DNA of 64,000 nt from Chiloscyllium plagiosum (Eukaryota): positions 51,493,745 through 51,557,744 of the forward strand of contig NC_057726.1 of assembly GCF_004010195.1 (NCBI RefSeq), given 5' to 3'. Below, one piece after another: positions 35,874 through 49,097 of this stretch. The translations under genes and the position numbers were made by a program. The first letter of the stretch is position 1. Every line of letters starts with the position of its first letter. Under the pieces are notes generated by a model. It was not told the origin of the DNA. It was given only the letters and a program-made list of their open reading frames with translations, and did not search any database.

Positions 35874-38534
35874 CTCATTCCCTCAGTGCTCCTGGAAATG
35901 AGACACGCAGAATTATCCCAGGGACGGAGTAAACAAGGTGTGGTTATCTTAAAATGCTTTGCTTTTATTTGTAAGTTACCTCTCTTCCAGGACTCGACTC
36001 TATATGTTTATAATGTTGAGACTTCTTGTTCAGCGTGAGATTAAAAAGCATAATGGTGTATTTTCTGAGATGTCTGCTGTGGAGAGGTACAGAGTACAGC
36101 TAGCTCTCTGCTGTGGTGGATCATTAGTTTGCTGGTGTTTCTGAGTAGATTTTTGACACTGTTGATTGCGAATCATTGGAGAGCAAGTTAGGCTCAGGTA
36201 CATAGTCATCTTTCAGCTGTAACATGAACTGGAATTAATGTGTGGTTGTTAAATGTGATCAAAACCACAGGTCTCAGTTTCAATTAAATAACTGTCTCTG
36301 TGAACAATGCACGTGCTGTTAGCTGAGGTCTTTCAAGCAAAACCAAAACCTTGAATCTGCTGCCTCCGTGAGACAGTTGGTGCTTTAGAGCTGCTGCATT
36401 TGCTACTCTGCAGGGCCGTACTTTATCTTTTGCCGCACTGTGGAAACTGTGTACAATAAAATTATTCAGAAATATCAGTTTTGGAAATCCCCCCCAGGTC
36501 AAATCTTGTCATTTCAGCTATGGCTTCAACCTGGTTCATTGTGTGTTGCTACATTCTGTTGCAAACTCAAAATATCTCATGGCATCAGTTTCACTCACCT
36601 GGCTGCGATGAACCTGCACCTCTTTAAACACCTTTGCCAAAAGGATAGTCAGGGGAGGAATTTGACATTAGGTGTACAGAGTAGGAAGGAGTGTGTGTGG
36701 GGAGAAACAAGGCCAAGTACAAAGCAGGCTTTCTCCCCTAATTGATGTAAGAGTTTTATGTTTTTCTTAGCCTCCACGGGAAGACCACATGTTGGCACCA
36801 GCACTGGGGAGCTTCTTGAGCTCATGCATGAAGCATCATGAAAGTGTGGAATATGCTAGATGGACCTGTCCATCAATTTACGGTGTCCCATAGTTCCAGT
36901 TCTTCATTCAGAATGGATGAATGTTTCACTGAGAAATATGGTTATTGAGATTCCTTAAGACCTGCTTGTGTGTAAAATGGTCATTTTAATCAGTTTCTCG
37001 CATTGAGAAATGTCAAACTTTCACTGCTGGATTTTTATGAAAGAGAGGGCTGTTCAGTTTATGTAATGCTTTCATGGCCTCAGGACATTCAAAAGTCCTA
37101 TATTTCTACTTAATATTGTTTTAACTACAGCCACTTCATGTAGATAAATCATTGCATTGTTTGTTTGGGTGATATGTTTGACGGGTATGTTTCCCAAGGG
37201 GTTGGAAGATCACTCTGCTTAACCTTGGGTCATTGAGTGAGATTCATTTGATTAGGCAGATGTGGCCTTTAACTAACAACCCAGCCTTATGGACTGGTCA
37301 TCCAATAATACAGCACTCCCTCAGACACCAGTGCAGTATAACCTTCTTAATTGAAATATGTGCACAGAAGCTGTGGTGGTTTCCTGCTGAGGAGGCTGAG
37401 ACTAGCTGAGGTCTCGAATGTGAAACATTTCTTTCTGATGCATAAGAAAAGCCCAAGCCTGCCTTAGTGTAAACTTCTGTCCTCGACCCTGACCAAGCTA
37501 ACTACTAACCCTAACCCTAACCGAGTACCAAAGACCATTCCAGGGTTCCCATTGTTGCCTTCCCACTTGGGGTTGAACGGGAAGCAAGAGGTGTTGAGGG
37601 GCTCATATCTCCTGGACCTCCTGCTGCAGAAGGCCTGACGATTTGCCATCTGTTCAGATCCTGGCAGGGAGTTAACACAGGAGCTTTCCTGTTTTAGTTG
37701 AAAATATTACTGCACTTTCTTAATGTGAATTAATTTTACAGTATTTCCCAACCTGGTGAACTCTATAAAGGCTGCATTTTATAGCAGATTGTGCTCTATA
37801 TAATTTATTGTTTGAGTGATCAGTTGCCTTTTGCTGATTCACTGTTGAATATTTGAAATAGTTTCAAGGCTTTGCATATGCTTTTAAGGTGTGTGTGTGT
37901 GTAGGGGTTACAGTAACCATCTTCAGTACTACTCCGTGCAAGCCTCAAAATAGTTGTTTAGAATAGTGAATTCCTTTTCCTGCTCTGTTTCTGCAGCTCC
38001 TTTCCTGGTGGTATTGACCCCTTGTTACAATGTGTGTCGATGTGAATCTGCTGCTCAGCAATACTAATTTTAAAGAGAAGTATGCAACTGATTTGTATGA
38101 ATTACAAAATCCAACCAAATACTAAAATGGAATTTTATCACTCGGCTACTTTTGGAGATAACTCTCCAGCAGAGTTCTGACACACATTGACCAACTCTGC
38201 CATTCAGTCCAGTTACTCTGTTCTGTTCCACTGTTTAGTGAGATCATGGCTGATATGTGTCTTAATTTCATCCAGCCACCTGGACTCCTATCCCTTAATA
38301 CCCCTGAACAGCAAAAATCTATTCATCTCCAATTTTTTGAGTAACCATCTGTTGCCGTTTGTTCCACACTTCCTTTTGCATGAGTAAATGTTTTCTCACC
38401 TCTGTCCTGAATGGCCTGTCTCTGATTTTGTTTTCTTGCCAAAGGTGGTATTTATTCAACTTCTTTCCAAATCCTAAAAGACCCCATCAGAGTTCTCCTT
38501 GGTTTTATATACTGGGAATACAGTCCTATTTTGG

Positions 38535-38625
38535 CAAAAGTGAGGACTGCAGATTAGAGTAGAGAGTGTGGTGCTGGAAAAGCACAGCAGGTCAGGCAGC
38601 ATCCAAGGAGCAGAAAAATAACAGT
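38535..38625 (-). mobile_element. PLE-derived family A fragment
   Basis: aaagtgaggactgcaga...gctggaaaagcacagcaggtcaggcagcatccaaggagcag. Confidence 0.8.
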
Positions 38626-38834
38626 TCCGTTATTCCCGAAGTCATTGTGATAGTTAAATATTTTCAAATAAATTCTCCAGTTTACCTAATTTCCAGACCT
38701 ACATTGTTAAGCATGGAGTCCGGTTTCTGTACTTAACAAGAATTGCTATTTGTGATAAGTAAATAGATCTTAGCTACAGGTAAGCAGTTATAAAGTTAAA
38801 CAGCATTAAACTCTAATCCCCTTTAAAAACAGTA

Positions 38835-41089
38835 TGTTAGGGTGAAAGGAAAGGCTGGCAGGTGAAGGGAATGCTGGATGACTAGAGAAATTGAGGTTTT
38901 GGTCAAGAAAGAAGAAAGCATATGTCAGGTATGAACAGCAGAGATTGAGTGAATCCTTAGATTATAAAGGCAATAAGAGTATAGTCGAGGGGAATCAGGA
39001 GGGCAAAAAGTGGACATGAGATAGCTTTGGCAAATGGGAGAATCCAAAGAGATTTTAGAAATGTATCAAGGGCAAAAGGGTAACTAGGGAGAGAATAGGA
39101 CTCGAAGATCAGCACGGCAGCCTATATGTGGAACTGCAGGAAATGGGGGAGATACTAAACAAGTATTTTGCATCAGTGGAGAAGGACATGGAGGATACAG
39201 AATGTTGGGAAATAAATGGTAACATCTTGAAAAATGTCCTTATTACAGAGGAGGTGGTGCCGGATGTCTTAAAAAGCATAAAGGTGGATAAATCCCCAAA
39301 TCCTGATCAGATGTACCCTCAAACTCTGTGGGAAGCTGGGAAAGTGATGGCTGTGGGCCTTTTGCTGAGATATTTGTATCATTGATAGTCATAGGTGAGG
39401 TGCCAGAAGACTAGAGAATGGCTAACATGGTGACACTATTTAAGAAAGGTAGTAAGGAAGCCAGGGAAATGTAGACCGGTGAGCCTGACGTCAGTAGTGG
39501 GCACATTGTTGGAGGGAATCCTGAGGGACAGGATTTACATGTGTTTGGATAGGCAAGGACTGACTAGGATAGTCAACATGGCTTTGTGCGTGGGAAATCA
39601 TGTCTCACAAACTTGATTGAGTTTTTTTGAAAAAGTAGCAAAGAGGATTGATGAGAGCAGAATGGCAGACAAGATCGATGTGGATTTCAGTAAGGCATTT
39701 GACAAGGTTTGTTATGGTGGACTAGTTAGCAAGGTTAGATCTCATGGAATACAGGGAGAACTAGCCATTTGGATACAGAACCGGCTCAAAAGTAGAAGAC
39801 AGAGGGTGTTGGTAGAGGGTTGCTTTTCAGACTGGAGGTCTGTGACCAGTGGTGTGCCACAAAAATCAGTGCTGGTCCACTACTGAACGTAGGAAGTATC
39901 ATTAGTAAGTTTGCAGATGACACTAAAATTGGAGGTGTAGTGGACAGTGAAGAAGGTTATCTCCGAGTACAACGGGATCTTGATCAGATGGACCTATGGG
40001 CCGAAGAGTGACAGATGTAGTTTCATTTAGATAAATGCAAGGTGCTGCATTTTGGAAAGGCAAATCAGGGCAGGACTTATACACTTAATGGGAAGGTCCT
40101 GAGGAGTGTTGCTGAACAAAGAGACCTTGGAGTGCAAGTTCATAGTTCCTTGAAAGTGGAGTCGCGGGTAGATAGGATAGTGAAGAAGGCATCTGATATG
40201 CTTTCCTTTGTTGGTCAGAGTATTGAGTACAGGAGTTGGGAGGTCACGTTGCAGCTGTACACGATAATGGTTAGGCCACCTTTGGAATATTGTGTGCAAT
40301 TCTGGTCTCCTTCCCATCAGAAGGAAGTTGTGAAGCTGGATAGGGTTTTTGATTAGATTAGATTCCCTACAGTGCAGAAACAGGCCCTTCAGCCCAACAA
40401 GTCCACACTGACTCACCCAGACCCATTCCCCTACTCACGCACCTATCACTATGGGCAATTTAGCATGGCCAATTCACCTGACCTGCACATCTTTGGACTG
40501 TGGGAGGAAACTGGAGCACCCGGAGGAAACCCACGCAGACTCTGGGAGAATGTGCAAACTCCACACAGACAGTCGCCCAGGGCTGGAATTGAACCCGGGT
40601 CCCTGGTGATGCGAAGCAGCAGTACTAACCACTGAACCACTGTGCCGCCCTGTTCAGAAAAGGTTTACAAGGATGTTGCCATGTTGGAGGGTTTGAGCTA
40701 TAGTGAGAGGCTGAGGGGTGACCTTATAGAGGTTTATAAAATCATGAGTGGCATGGATAGGATAAATAGACAAAGTCTTTTCCCAGGATTGGGAAAGTCC
40801 AGGACTAGAGGTTTAGACTGAGGGGAAAGATTTAAAAGGGAACTATGGGCAACTTCTCCATGTAAAGGGTGGTGCAAATGGAATGAGCTGCCAGATGAAG
40901 TGGTGGAGGCTGGTACAATTGCAACATTTAAAAGGCATCTGGATGGGTATATAAATAGGAAAGGTTTGGAGGGATATGGGCCAAGTGCTGGCAAATGGGA
41001 CTAGTTGAGGTTAGAATATCTGGTCAGCATGGACAAGTTGGACCAAAGGGTCTGTTTCTGTGCTGTAAACCTCCCTGACTCTATAACTC
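38835..41089 (+). mobile_element. CR1/HER1 LINE, decayed ORF2 to 3' end
   Basis: DFSKAFDKV, VTSGVPQ, SKFADDTKIGG and LEYCVQFWSP motifs with stops and frameshifts; HE1 SINE nested at 40349-40650. Confidence 0.93.
40349..40650 (-). mobile_element. HE1-type V-SINE nested in CR1
   Basis: Full reverse head gggcggcacagtggttcagtggttag and (TCTAA)n tail. Confidence 0.92.
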
Positions 41090-41442
41090 CCATAATGCAC
41101 ATTCAGATGTTGATGGGAAAACTAGAAAAGAAGTTGAGTAGTCTTTGCTCACAAGGTCTGTTGGGTTGGTTGTTGCTGATTAAAAGGCTTTTACTTGCTG
41201 ATTAAAAGGCTTTTAAAAGACTGGTTTGCTAGAGTCACAGGGTGTTCCGACCTGAAGCCTCCATTCCCTGCTGCTCTGATGTTCCTTCACCTGCCGTGCT
41301 TTCTTCAGTTCCACACTTTATCGACCCCAAGAGGCATAGGGTGGATGGTTCACTTGTAAATGTTCACTGATCAATTAACAGTCACAACTTATAGAGTCAT
41401 TAAAAGAAAGAAACTGGTTTTCTAAAGATTTAATATGGATTT

Positions 41443-41622
41443 CAACGAAGTCAGAAGTCTCATAACACCAGGTTATAGTCCAACAGGTTTCTTTGAATTC
41501 CACCTGATGAAAGAGCAGTGCTCTGAAAGCTTGTGATTTCAAATAAACCTGTTGGACTATAACCTGGTGTAGTGTGACTTCTGACTTTGTCCACCCCAGT
41601 CCAGCTCTGGCACCTCCACATC
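41443..41622 (+). mobile_element. PLE-derived family C fold-back element with 8-bp TSD
   Basis: atggattt at 41435-41442 and 41623-41630; arms aagtcagaagtc...caacaggttt / aaacctgttg...gacttctgactt. Confidence 0.85.
41501..41535 (+). ncRNA. Candidate minimal hammerhead ribozyme (PLE-type)
   Basis: cac-CTGATGA-a-agagc-agt-gctct-GAAA-gctt-gtg: helix I cac/gtg, helix II agagc/gctct, palindromic AGCT stem III, CUU triplet. Confidence 0.55.
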
Positions 41623-43229
41623 ATGGATTTTTACTGCAGAGAACAGAGAAACAGCTCCTAAACTGATGGAGATCTGACCACTTTTCTGTATTTTGTTCCC
41701 AGACCCAAGCTGCTCAGTTACCTAAGAACCAATGTCACAGTAGTTGGCAGACAAAGGGCCCTTTATCATTGATAAAAGGTCACTAGTCTATAGACCAGTC
41801 AATTTCTTATTGTCAACCAAAGCTCCATTCATAAAAAGTTCTTGGCTCCAGTCCATTGTGAAAATCACTGTAACCCACAGTTATGCAAAGTGTTGATTAT
41901 CAAATGTCTTGCTCTTGCTTTCCAACCAAGTAATCCTTAGTCTTTTAAACCATTCTTCCTCATTTAAGTCCAACATTTTAAAAAGCATAAAAATACCTGG
42001 TCTTTACATTTCTAAGTTCTAATGTGCAGTCTGTATGCAGTGACCCAGATGCAGTCTAACTTAAACTATAGTACTGCTGTCGCAAAATGTGATTTAACAT
42101 ATACAGACCATTCAAAAAACAATGATATTTTTAAGACTATGGTATTTGTGGAGATCTCCTTGTTGTGTTGAAACTTCTGTTTTAAAATAATTATGAAATG
42201 AGCTGTGGGCCATCTTCTACTGGCACTACCATTCTGAGTGTAAAAAAGTTTCTAATGCTCAAGTGATAAAATTCTCAATAAGCATTGTGTCTGGCAACCT
42301 GTATATAGGAGTTGTATTAAGCCCCAATCAGGATCAAGTTCTCTGACAGTGTACCAGGTTATGAAATAACTTCTTGGTTAAAAGATCCCAGTTTGTGACT
42401 AGCCTATTGATCTTTCTCATAGCATGCTTATTGAGCAGTGGTCTTCAATCAACTACAGTGAACAATTAACGGCAGTTTGACAGTCAAGTGTGAAAAGACT
42501 ATTTGGACATTGTGACTCTATTATACCTTTATAATGTTATCATGTTTTGGTCACCTAACCTAACCATTTTTTTGAGGAGAGGCTGTGCGAGGTCTTCAGT
42601 ACATTATTCAACCTATTATTGGCATAAACTAAAGCAATTTATTCCAGCTACATTGAAATAATATAAACAATTAAAACATAAGATGGGATAGAACTGATAA
42701 TAGGTAAAGTAAGAACACAACCAATAACCTACATGATAATCTAATTCTGCCTAAACCAGTACTTGAAAGTGTTAAGTTTAAATTGTTGATCGTTGCAGGA
42801 TTTTAGTAATGCTAACTGACTTTTTACTGTCTGATCTCTTTGGGTGTTTCTTTTGCTAAGTACTTTGATTACTGTGCTTTGTGATGATGTGAGCATTTTG
42901 CCATAAATTACCTTCATTCTGCTGCTGGGGCAGGAATGTATTGAAATTCTAATTGCTGTAAGCAAACAGTACGAGGTCAGTTAGAGATTAACTGTTGCCG
43001 TTGATGGAAATTTGTATTCTGCTAGATGCTTGCAAATCTCCAGATGAGGAAAATAACAGCATTAAATTCTGTCACATTTTTACATTTTGACACACTGAAA
43101 TGTTTGTAATTGCACACCTATATTTTTGACTCCTACAAACATACATTTATGTGTCTCCTGTTTGAGGACTGTGGTTCATCGGTGCCTTTCTCTGTTTCCA
43201 CAGGACTTCTAGCCAGGAAACCATTCATA

Positions 43230-43330
43230 ATGTCGCTGTCCATGCGGCCTGTGCGCCGCATTTTGTTTACTGGAATTACTAGGAGTCAGTCCTTTGCTGG
43301 AGTCAATTCACCACAGGACAAAGCATTCAG
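43230..43330 (+). CDS. RIPOR1: RIPOR1 (FAM65A)-like, first recognisable coding exon (exon 43204-43330, ATG at 43230)
   Basis: Acceptor tttctctgtttccacag|43204 and donor ttcag|gttagt. Encodes MSLSMRPVRRILFTGITRSQSFAGVNSPQDKAF(R), resembling the human RIPOR1 N-terminus as I recall it (MSLSVRPQRR...RSQSFAGV). The frame is also open upstream to the acceptor. Confidence 0.92.
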
Positions 43331-43869
43331 GTTAGTGACATTTCCAAATCATGTCGGCCCTTCTAAAAACCTATTTCCCCTGCTGTTTTATTTTAAAGCA
43401 TAATGTAGAGAATTGATAAATATTTGAGGCTAATGTTGCTCTGAAGGCTTATGTTTTTATATTGCCCCCATGGCTCAGGGATATATTGGTTAGGATCTCC
43501 CACAGTGATTAGCTGAGCTCAGCTGGGTTGGCAAGATGAGTTCTACTGTGGTAAAGTGTCAATCAGGGTTGATGCTGTTGCCGATCACTAACTACTAATC
43601 CCTCGGACATGAGGGCAACCTGTTTTTCCACAAAGCTGTGCTACGTCATTCCCACACAGACCAGACCCGTGAGGAGCTACTAGTTTTACGGACTGTAATC
43701 TTGAAATTCAGAACCTCCCTTTCTAATAGCACTGGGTATTCTTGGACCACATGAACTGAAGTGTTTTAAGAAGACTGCTATCACCACCTTCTCAAAGGCA
43801 ATTAGAGATGGCCAATCAATGTTGGCCAAACAACCAATGAGCACTTCCCACTAAATTCAATAAGTCAAT

Positions 43870-44235
43870 AACGTTTATTCAGCATCCTTCACAACTTCAG
43901 GATCCTTGCAGCCAACAATACTTCACTGCAGTAACTATACTTCCAAAACTATGTGGGAACCATGGCAGAAAGTTCATGTGCAGTAAGGCCCAATTAGCAA
44001 CACAAATAATGGCCAGATATTCTGTTTGCTCACAAACCAGGAGAGCTCCCTAACTCTTGAAGTAATGCCATTGGTTGTTTTTTATGTTTACTCGAGAGGC
44101 AGATGTGGATTGGTTTAATTTTGTCTGATAAATCCCAGCCCCGTCAGTGTCAGGGCTGTCTGAATTGTTTCCTCAAGTCTCTTGTATGAGACTTAACTCC
44201 AATCTCAGGGTTGACAGTGCCATCACTTAGCCAAT
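43870..44235 (-). mobile_element. Old Deu-type SINE copy
   Basis: gtaatgccattggtt...ctcgagaggcagatg...gagacttaactcc similarity to the 23570 copy. Confidence 0.5.
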
Positions 44236-45314
44236 GGTTGGTTGAATGAGGTTGCTTATTTCTCTGTGAAATTATAAGTAAATGTGAGTCAACCTAGGAG
44301 CACAATTGAAACTGCATCTTAATTTTGTGTAGGTGGGAATTCTGGTTTCTATGAACATCTAATTAATCTGTTTTCTATATAAGACTATGCTAAGTTACTG
44401 GGGTTTGACAGAGTGGGAAATTTAATCATCCAGTTATCAGTTAGCATCTTAAGTGCAAATTGACCTGTATCATGTAACAAGTATGAACTTGTTGGATTCA
44501 CCAATTCTGCCTGCAGATTTACCTGAATGATGCAAAACTATTATTTATTCAGTTATGGTTTTGGTTTATTGGCAAAACAACTGTGGAAAAATTTGGTTAG
44601 ATTATTGAAATATGGATTGTTTGTTGATGGTTATTCATTCTCTTTATACAGTTGTTCAAAAGAGAGGATGTGATTAAGCATTGAACAAAATGTGATAAGT
44701 TATAGTGAGGATGTTGAGGCTAAGCAGGTACAACCTGAAAATGTGCTTGTTTTTGGCGTAGTGTCTTTCTGGAAAGCTAATTTTTAACTTGCTAGAGAGA
44801 GAATGTAGTACAGTAACAGCTCGTTTGTGCACTTCTGTGTAATCCTGCATGTGACTTAGAATTTTGGCAACAGCGTCTAATGTTCTTTGCTCTCTGATGT
44901 GATCATTTTGGCCCAGTAAACAAAATAAAGTTAACTGCAGTCACCAACTTTATCCCAAGGTCGTGAACTAGTTGTACTTTCGCAAAAGAGGAATATTTTT
45001 CCAGCCTATTTTTCTTGCCCCGATTGTGTTATAAAACCGCAATTTCTGACATGAAAACCCTAAACTTTAATTGTGATTTTGAAAATGTTGAGGTCACAAT
45101 ATTTTACTCGACAACACTTATTATTTTGATTGGAAAATGGCCACCACACGCACGGGCATCATTTCACTGAAGATTTGAGTGCTGGTGCTAATGGTGTGCA
45201 GTAGAAGCGTACAGAGTATGTGATTATGATGTTAATCAGTTTGTAATGCTGATTTGACTCTTGAACCGCCATCTTTAACTTCCACTTCAACTGACATGCA
45301 CCCTTAGCCTCGCA

Positions 45315-45548
45315 CAGAATCCCTACAGAGCAGAAAGAGACCATTTGGCCCTCTGAAGAGCATTCCACCCAGATGCACCCCCCACACCCTATCCCCGTAA
45401 CCCTACACTTCTCATGGTTAATCCACTTAACCTGCATGTCCCTGGACACCACGGGGTAATTGAAAATTGCTAACTCTACTAGCCTGCATATCTTTGGGTT
45501 GTGGGAGGAAACCAGAACACCTGGCGGAAACCCAGGCAGACACAGTGA
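45315..45548 (-). mobile_element. HE1-type V-SINE, 5'-truncated
   Basis: tctttgggttgtgggaggaaaccagaacacc V-domain in reverse. Confidence 0.82.
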
Positions 45549-45559
45549 GTTAAGTACCG

Positions 45560-46075
45560 TACGCAGATCTCTTAATCTTTTACCTTGCTTTTGCCTGTAT
45601 TAATAAAGCTTAGGATGTCACTGTTTTATTCATCACTTTCTTAATCTGCCCTGCCATAATTAATGATTTGTACACACATCTCTCAAGGTTCCTCTGCTTC
45701 TGCATCCCATTTAGAATTTCATCGTTTAGTTTGTGTTGGCTCTCCTCATCACTCTCTGCACTTCTCTGAATTAACTTCCATCTGTCACTTATCTGCCCAT
45801 TCCACAAGCTAATGTATATCCTTGTGAAATTTATCACTGTCCTTTGACAATTCATAACACTTCCAATTTTGTTACCCACAGATTCTGAAATTGTGCATTC
45901 AAGACTAAGTCATTATTGTATTATAGGGATAAAAGGTGATCTGGTACTAATTGCTGAGGAATCCTCATAGCTTCCTCCAGTCTAAAGTACAACCATTCAT
46001 TGCCCTGCTCTGTTTTCTGCCCCTTGGCCAATTTATTTTTCAGGCTGTAACTGTCCCGTTATTCCATGGGCTGAC
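45560..46075 (-). mobile_element. Old CR1-type LINE RT fragment
   Basis: Degenerate RT segment (ccaattttgttacccacaga, the reversed ADDTKIG equivalent). Confidence 0.6.
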
Positions 46076-46543
46076 AAGTCTGTTGTGGTGTAGACTGTAA
46101 TGCAGTCAACTACAGTCCTTAACAATGACCATACCTGTTCTGATAAGGGTTCCAAATTGTCTTTTGACTGTACAGATGCTGCCTGACTTGTTGAGTATTT
46201 TCCACTCTTTCCTGTGATTTCACCCTGCATTGCATAAAGTCCACTGAAGATGTTACCTAGTAAGGTAATGAAACATCTGGAAATGAACCTTTCAGCTCAG
46301 CGAGCAAACCTACATCCAAAACCTCAACCTGAGCTACAAATCTTCTCAAAATTCAGTGTTCTATTACTGGGCTATCGAATGAAAATTGAAAGTGTTCTTG
46401 TTTCTCTTGGAGTAGTTTTAACCGTATGGTTTTGGTGCTAGGTGTGTTAAGCTGCTTCCTGCCAATTATTGAGGCAAAATTGTGCTCTCGGAGTTTGATC
46501 ATTTTCATCCCTTTAATTGATGTTGTGAATTCTTATTTTGCAG

Positions 46544-46696
46544 AAAGCTAAAAGTGTTCAGCACCCCCACAACACACCGGAAAACTGCCTCTCGAGCTGG
46601 CAAAATGTTCAACATTTCTCATAAATCACTCCCACCCAAGAACCCTCAGCCTGAACGGTTGGATGAGGTTTATGAAGCTTTAAAAAAGGGCCTAAA
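46544..46696 (+). CDS. RIPOR1: RIPOR1-like coding exon (153 nt, phase 2-2)
   Basis: ttattttgcag|...cctaaa|gtaag. Encodes KLKVFSTPTTHRKTASRAGKMFNISHKSLPPKNPQPERLDEVYEALKKGL, containing the RIPOR PQPERL..VY.ALK.GL motif. In frame with the previous exon. Confidence 0.93.
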
Positions 46697-48469
46697 GTAA
46701 GAAATTTTTTTTGTGTAAATGTTCTTGAATAAATGGGACCATCCCAAGAATTGTACAATTTGCTTACATTCATTTATAAAAATTAAACTACTTTGATATG
46801 TGAATGGGTCCAGTCCTGAGTGGTAAAGATGTGTTTTGTGACTCATGGGTAGTTTTCTGTAGTTTGTGATCTCTGGGGTTTGGCTTTTCTGTGAAGTGTG
46901 GTTTGTGTTGAATCCAGCCGATGTGGACAGTGACAAATGAAGAGATGAGTACTAGATATTGAAAACCATTAACTCCTGAGCGCATGTTGTTTCTCTACCA
47001 CCCCTGGAAAGAACAGTAATTTTGGCTTAAAGTTATTAACTAAATTACTGTACAATTGTCAATGAGTCCCAATGCCCATTCTGGTTCCTGTAACTTGTTG
47101 ACAATTTGTAAACAGTTCACTTGGACTAGAAGTGGAGGTCAGTTCTTTTAACAAAAAAAAACTGGAGTGCAATATGTTTACTTTGAGAATGTTTTGGTTA
47201 TCACTTGTCAGATCTTCCCACTCACCTTTGTCTTTGAGCAGTGCCTTTTTGAACATTTACCTATTGCTTAACTTGCTGATTCACTTTTGACAAATATGTG
47301 AATTATGGTTGTTTCATGAAAGAGACCCTACAAATAGTTTTGCTCTACTCTGACTCTGCAGAAAGAGACAATTAAAGATATTCACACTTTTTTAATATAA
47401 TTAATAATTAGAAAAATCCAAAATATTTACTTCTGGATACATGTTAATCTTTGCGATTTATCCAGTGAGTAAAGCAACCCTACTCCTTCATCAACTGGAA
47501 ATTTGAATGTCCAAACAGAATGGTAGCTATTGTGTTGAAAACAATATTGGATGCAGTAGCTGAAGAGGAAACTCATCTACCATCATAATATTCGATCTTA
47601 TCAATTTTATATGTTAAAAAAAGGTTGAATTTTTAAAACTTGTAATGCTCTATTTCTGCTGTTGGTAAATAGTTGTGATTGGAGTTTATTCTGGTGAAAT
47701 GAAAGTTGAAGTTGACTACCAAAAGTGTTTTAATTATTTTCTGCTTTGACAACTTCATAACAGTTGCATTTTTATGTTTAGGTAATGAACACAGTTTTCC
47801 CCGGATGTTCACTAGAAAGATTTTAGATGAACGCCCAATTCCTGTTCCACCTAAGGCTCAACTTAGTACCAGCTTTCCATTGAATCATAGTTGTGTGGTG
47901 GTCTTTGGGTAGTGATCTTCTAACAAGAAAGCCCTACTCTGGGGGAAAAAAAATCAGAAATTAATATGAATTCTTCTGGATATAATCTTATTTTAAACAT
48001 AGACCAATGCCAATTTTAACACAGTGCATGCTCATTCTGAAAGAGAGAGTCTGGTTTGGAAAGTAATGTTGGTCACTTTATAAATTTGTGATATAACTCA
48101 GCATGACTTTGCATTCTGCTCTGTTTGATTCAGCGCTAAACTTATTGATAGGACTGGAGTTCATTTTTAATTGAATATGTCAAATAAATAATTTATGTAA
48201 TAAAGACTTTCCCTGAGATTTGTCATTCACTGAGCTGACAGAGACAGGATGAAAGTTAGCATGATGATCAAACTGGGCGCTTTGGCCCCCTCTCTCTAAT
48301 GGAAAGAGACATCTGGGATTTATAGACTAAATTGCATTCTGATCCTGGCTAAAACAGATATGAATCTGTGGAATGTTTTAGAGGTAAGAGGAATAATTAT
48401 ACACTGTAACCTAGTTCAGTCCTTGGTTGAAGGGGGCGTGGAAATTGCAACTTTCACTGCTATCTTAGT

Positions 48470-48792
48470 GGGCGGCACGGTGGCACAGTGGTTAGCACTG
48501 CTGCCTCACGGCGCCAGAGACCCGGGTTCAATTCCCGCCTCAGGCGACTGACTGTGTGGAGTTTGCACGTTCTCCCCGTGTCTGTGTGGGTTTCCTCCGG
48601 GTGTTCCGGTTTCCTCCCACAGTCCAAAGATGTGCAGGGTCAGGTGAATTGGTCATGCTAAATTGCCCGTAGTGTTAGGTAAGAGGTAAATATAGGGGTA
48701 TGGGTGGGTTTCGCTTCGGCAGGTCGGTGTGGACTTGTTGGGCCGAAGGGCCTGTTTCCACACTGTAATGTAATGTAATCTAATCTAATCTA
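48470..48792 (+). mobile_element. HE1-type V-SINE, full length and young
   Basis: A box tggcacagtgg (48481), B box ggttcaattcc (48525), V-domain, LINE-like 3' tail and (TCTAA)n end. Confidence 0.95.
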
Positions 48793-49097
48793 AACCTTTT
48801 GCACCTTTTGTCGTTTTAAAAGATTTCATAATTACAGAGACAAAAGTACAAAGCACAACTGTTGACAAGTTCCTGTCTTCTTTTCACTTCCCAGTTTCAC
48901 CTTTTCTCCCGAGATGACTTCCCATCATTGGGATAAGTGTTGATGCACTATCCTTGTAGATTTCCCCATCAGTCACTAATCATTTGATATGACATATAAC
49001 TTTACGGATTGATTCAAGTGCTGGGTCATTTTTTAATTGCATTTTCTAGTCTTATTATATAAGGGATACAGTTAATTAGAAGGCAGAAGAGCTTTAT

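Noticed and set aside
38835-41089. RT-like ORFs as a functional reverse transcriptase gene or novel RT system
   Set aside because: Multiple stops, frameshifts and a nested SINE; an ordinary dead CR1 LINE.
48470-48545. tRNA-like sequence with A and B boxes
   Set aside because: It is the tRNA-derived head of an HE1 SINE, not a tRNA gene; the same applies to the other copies.
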